This document shows positions 62,686 to 64,000 of a stretch of 64,000 nt of DNA, piece after piece (the stretch's first letter is position 1; each line of letters begins with the position of its first letter). The notes under the pieces were generated by a model. The model made no database searches. It saw only the letters and a list, made by a program, of their open reading frames with translations, and was not told the DNA's origin. Origin of the DNA: Acidobacteriota bacterium (lineage in GTDB: Bacteria; Acidobacteriota; UBA890; WLXD01); contig CAXWPH010000014.1 of the NCBI GenBank assembly GCA_963666055.2, forward strand, positions 160,001 through 224,000, in the 5' to 3' direction. Both the position numbers and the translations under genes were made by a program.

Positions 62686-63405
62686 TCAGCTGCCGAGGTA
62701 CTCGACATCGACATCCGCAGGAATCGTGAACTGAAACAGTTCTTCTGCCAATCCCAGGTCGGTCTCGACATCGAGGAACAGGAACTCCGATGATTCGCCG
62801 AGAAGGCCGAACGATACCAGTCGAGCGATCAAGGCGGTGTCCGGGTCGACCTCGAGGATCAGGTGCGTGTACGCGGTATCCTCGTTCAGTGGATCCAACC
62901 GCAACTGCACGTTGCCTGGGGCCAGCTTCTCCTGCCACTCGGTGCCGGTCACCACGAAGTCGCTACCGAAGTCGCCCCCACCGGTCAGATACAGCATCGG
63001 CGTCTGCCCCGATGCCACCGAATCCTGGGCACGGATCTGCACCTGCCGATCCTCGGGCAGGTACCAATAGAGTGCCTTGCCATCGGCGACAAGAAGGCGC
63101 CCGCTGACGTCATATTCGACTCGGATCCTCTCCGGTGGGCGTGCAAACCAGATGCCCGAAGCTTCGCGAGCCGGCATTCCAGGCCGTGCAACGCTGCGCT
63201 GCTGAAATCGAACACGGAGATCCTGCAGCGCTCGATAGCGCTCCTGTACCCGGCGCAACAGAGCATCGAGCGGCAGCTCGGAGCGTTCCTGGCTGGCCAC
63301 GCGCGTCGGGCCACCCGGTGCGGACGCCACCGGCTGAGCCGCGCCAGCGAGCACCACGAGCGCGGCCACCAGCAGCAGCTCTCTCGCAGGGTTCGGCGAT
63401 CTCAT
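62686..63405 (-). CDS. lolA: Outer-membrane lipoprotein carrier LolA
   Basis: Signal peptide, FQQ, G..WFARP..IRVEY, LVADGKALYWY, TP, FQFTIPADVDV. Confidence 0.85.
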   Translation of the reverse strand: MRSPNPARELLLVAALVVLAGAAQPVASAPGGPTRVASQERSELPLDALLRRVQERYRALQDLRVRFQQRSVARPGMPAREASGIWFARPPERIRVEYDVSGRLLVADGKALYWYLPEDRQVQIRAQDSVASGQTPMLYLTGGGDFGSDFVVTGTEWQEKLAPGNVQLRLDPLNEDTAYTHLILEVDPDTALIARLVSFGLLGESSEFLFLDVETDLGLAEELFQFTIPADVDVEYLGS

Positions 63406-63606
63406 TGGCCCTCCAATCCGCCCGCGGGCAGGGCATCAAGCGCAGGCTGCGGAGAACGTCTCCGATCTCCCCTGCTGCTATCATAGCGTGACACGTTGGC
63501 GGGCTTGGGGCCTCCCTTTTGTTGGCGGCCCTGCCTGTTCCTGTTGTCGGCCGCTTTGTTGTCGGCGGCCCTATGTTTACGCCACGTCTCGCTGCGAGCC
63601 TCGCTG

Positions 63607-64000
63607 ATGGCGACCCGTCTGCTCATTCTCGATATCCTCGATCCACGCGGTCAGACTGGCTTGTCGGTCGCGGCCAGGGCCGCTGCGGCCGCCGGAGTCG
63701 ACGAGATCCTGCCAATCACCACCGGGGAGATCGAACGATCGCGGGACGGGTCGGTGCGCGTGCGTCCAACGGCAGCACGAGGCTTACGGCGAGTGCTGCA
63801 TGGAGCATTTCAAGGTCGCGTCGACGGCATGTTGATCGGGCTGTTACCCAGCTATTGGCAGGCACGGGCAGTTTCGCAGAGCCTGGCGCAGGCACTACCC
63901 GAAACCCTGGTGTACGCCCCCGACGTGATATCAGGTGGAGGCCTCGGCCACACGCTCGGTGCAGCGAATCGCAAAGCACAGGTGGCCGCTCTTCTGCCCG
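63607..64000 (+). CDS. Divergent ThiD-like (ribokinase-fold) protein, 3' partial (not in the ORF track)
   Basis: Open frame MATRLLILDILDPRGQTGL...VDGMLIGLLPS...LVYAPD...ALLP follows the ThiD layout (DPSGGAG, VKIGML, VVDPV, LLP). Confidence 0.55.
   Translation, partial: MATRLLILDILDPRGQTGLSVAARAAAAAGVDEILPITTGEIERSRDGSVRVRPTAARGLRRVLHGAFQGRVDGMLIGLLPSYWQARAVSQSLAQALPETLVYAPDVISGGGLGHTLGAANRKAQVAALLP

Noticed and set aside
63494-63572. Short TGTTG(T/G)CGGC repeats between lolA and the ThiD-like ORF
   Set aside because: They are short, irregularly spaced and could be chance in GC-rich DNA; an operator role is unsupported.

Overview
GC-rich bacterial chromosome segment, probably Acidobacteriota (inferred from gene content and order, not from a marker gene). 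Most of it is housekeeping: gcvT-H-PA-PB, aroA/B/K, proS, accBC, pilMNOPQ, rel, tgt-yajC-secDF, nrdR, folD-coaE, and kdsB-pyrG-kdsA-kdsD-kdsC-lapB. Four accessory signals stand out. (1) A decaying ~9.9 kb integrative island (50024-59932) is bounded by an exact 17-bp direct repeat that contains the start codon of a lipid-kinase gene. It carries a RiPP-like trio (HprK-like kinase, a PqqD/RRE domain fused to a twin-arginine leader and an 8-Cys core, and a nucleotidyltransferase) next to broken glycan genes and an integrase remnant. (2) A minimal bacterial microcompartment locus: class II aldolase with a likely encapsulation peptide, 1 BMC-H and 3 BMC-P. (3) Families of CTAG-targeting miniature inverted-repeat elements that sit on stop codons and nest in each other. 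(4) A ComEA-like helix-hairpin-helix insertion inside SecF. Several frameshifts and deletion junctions could be real decay or assembly errors. No rRNA, tRNA or CRISPR array was recognised. All calls come from reading motifs by eye; no database search was run.
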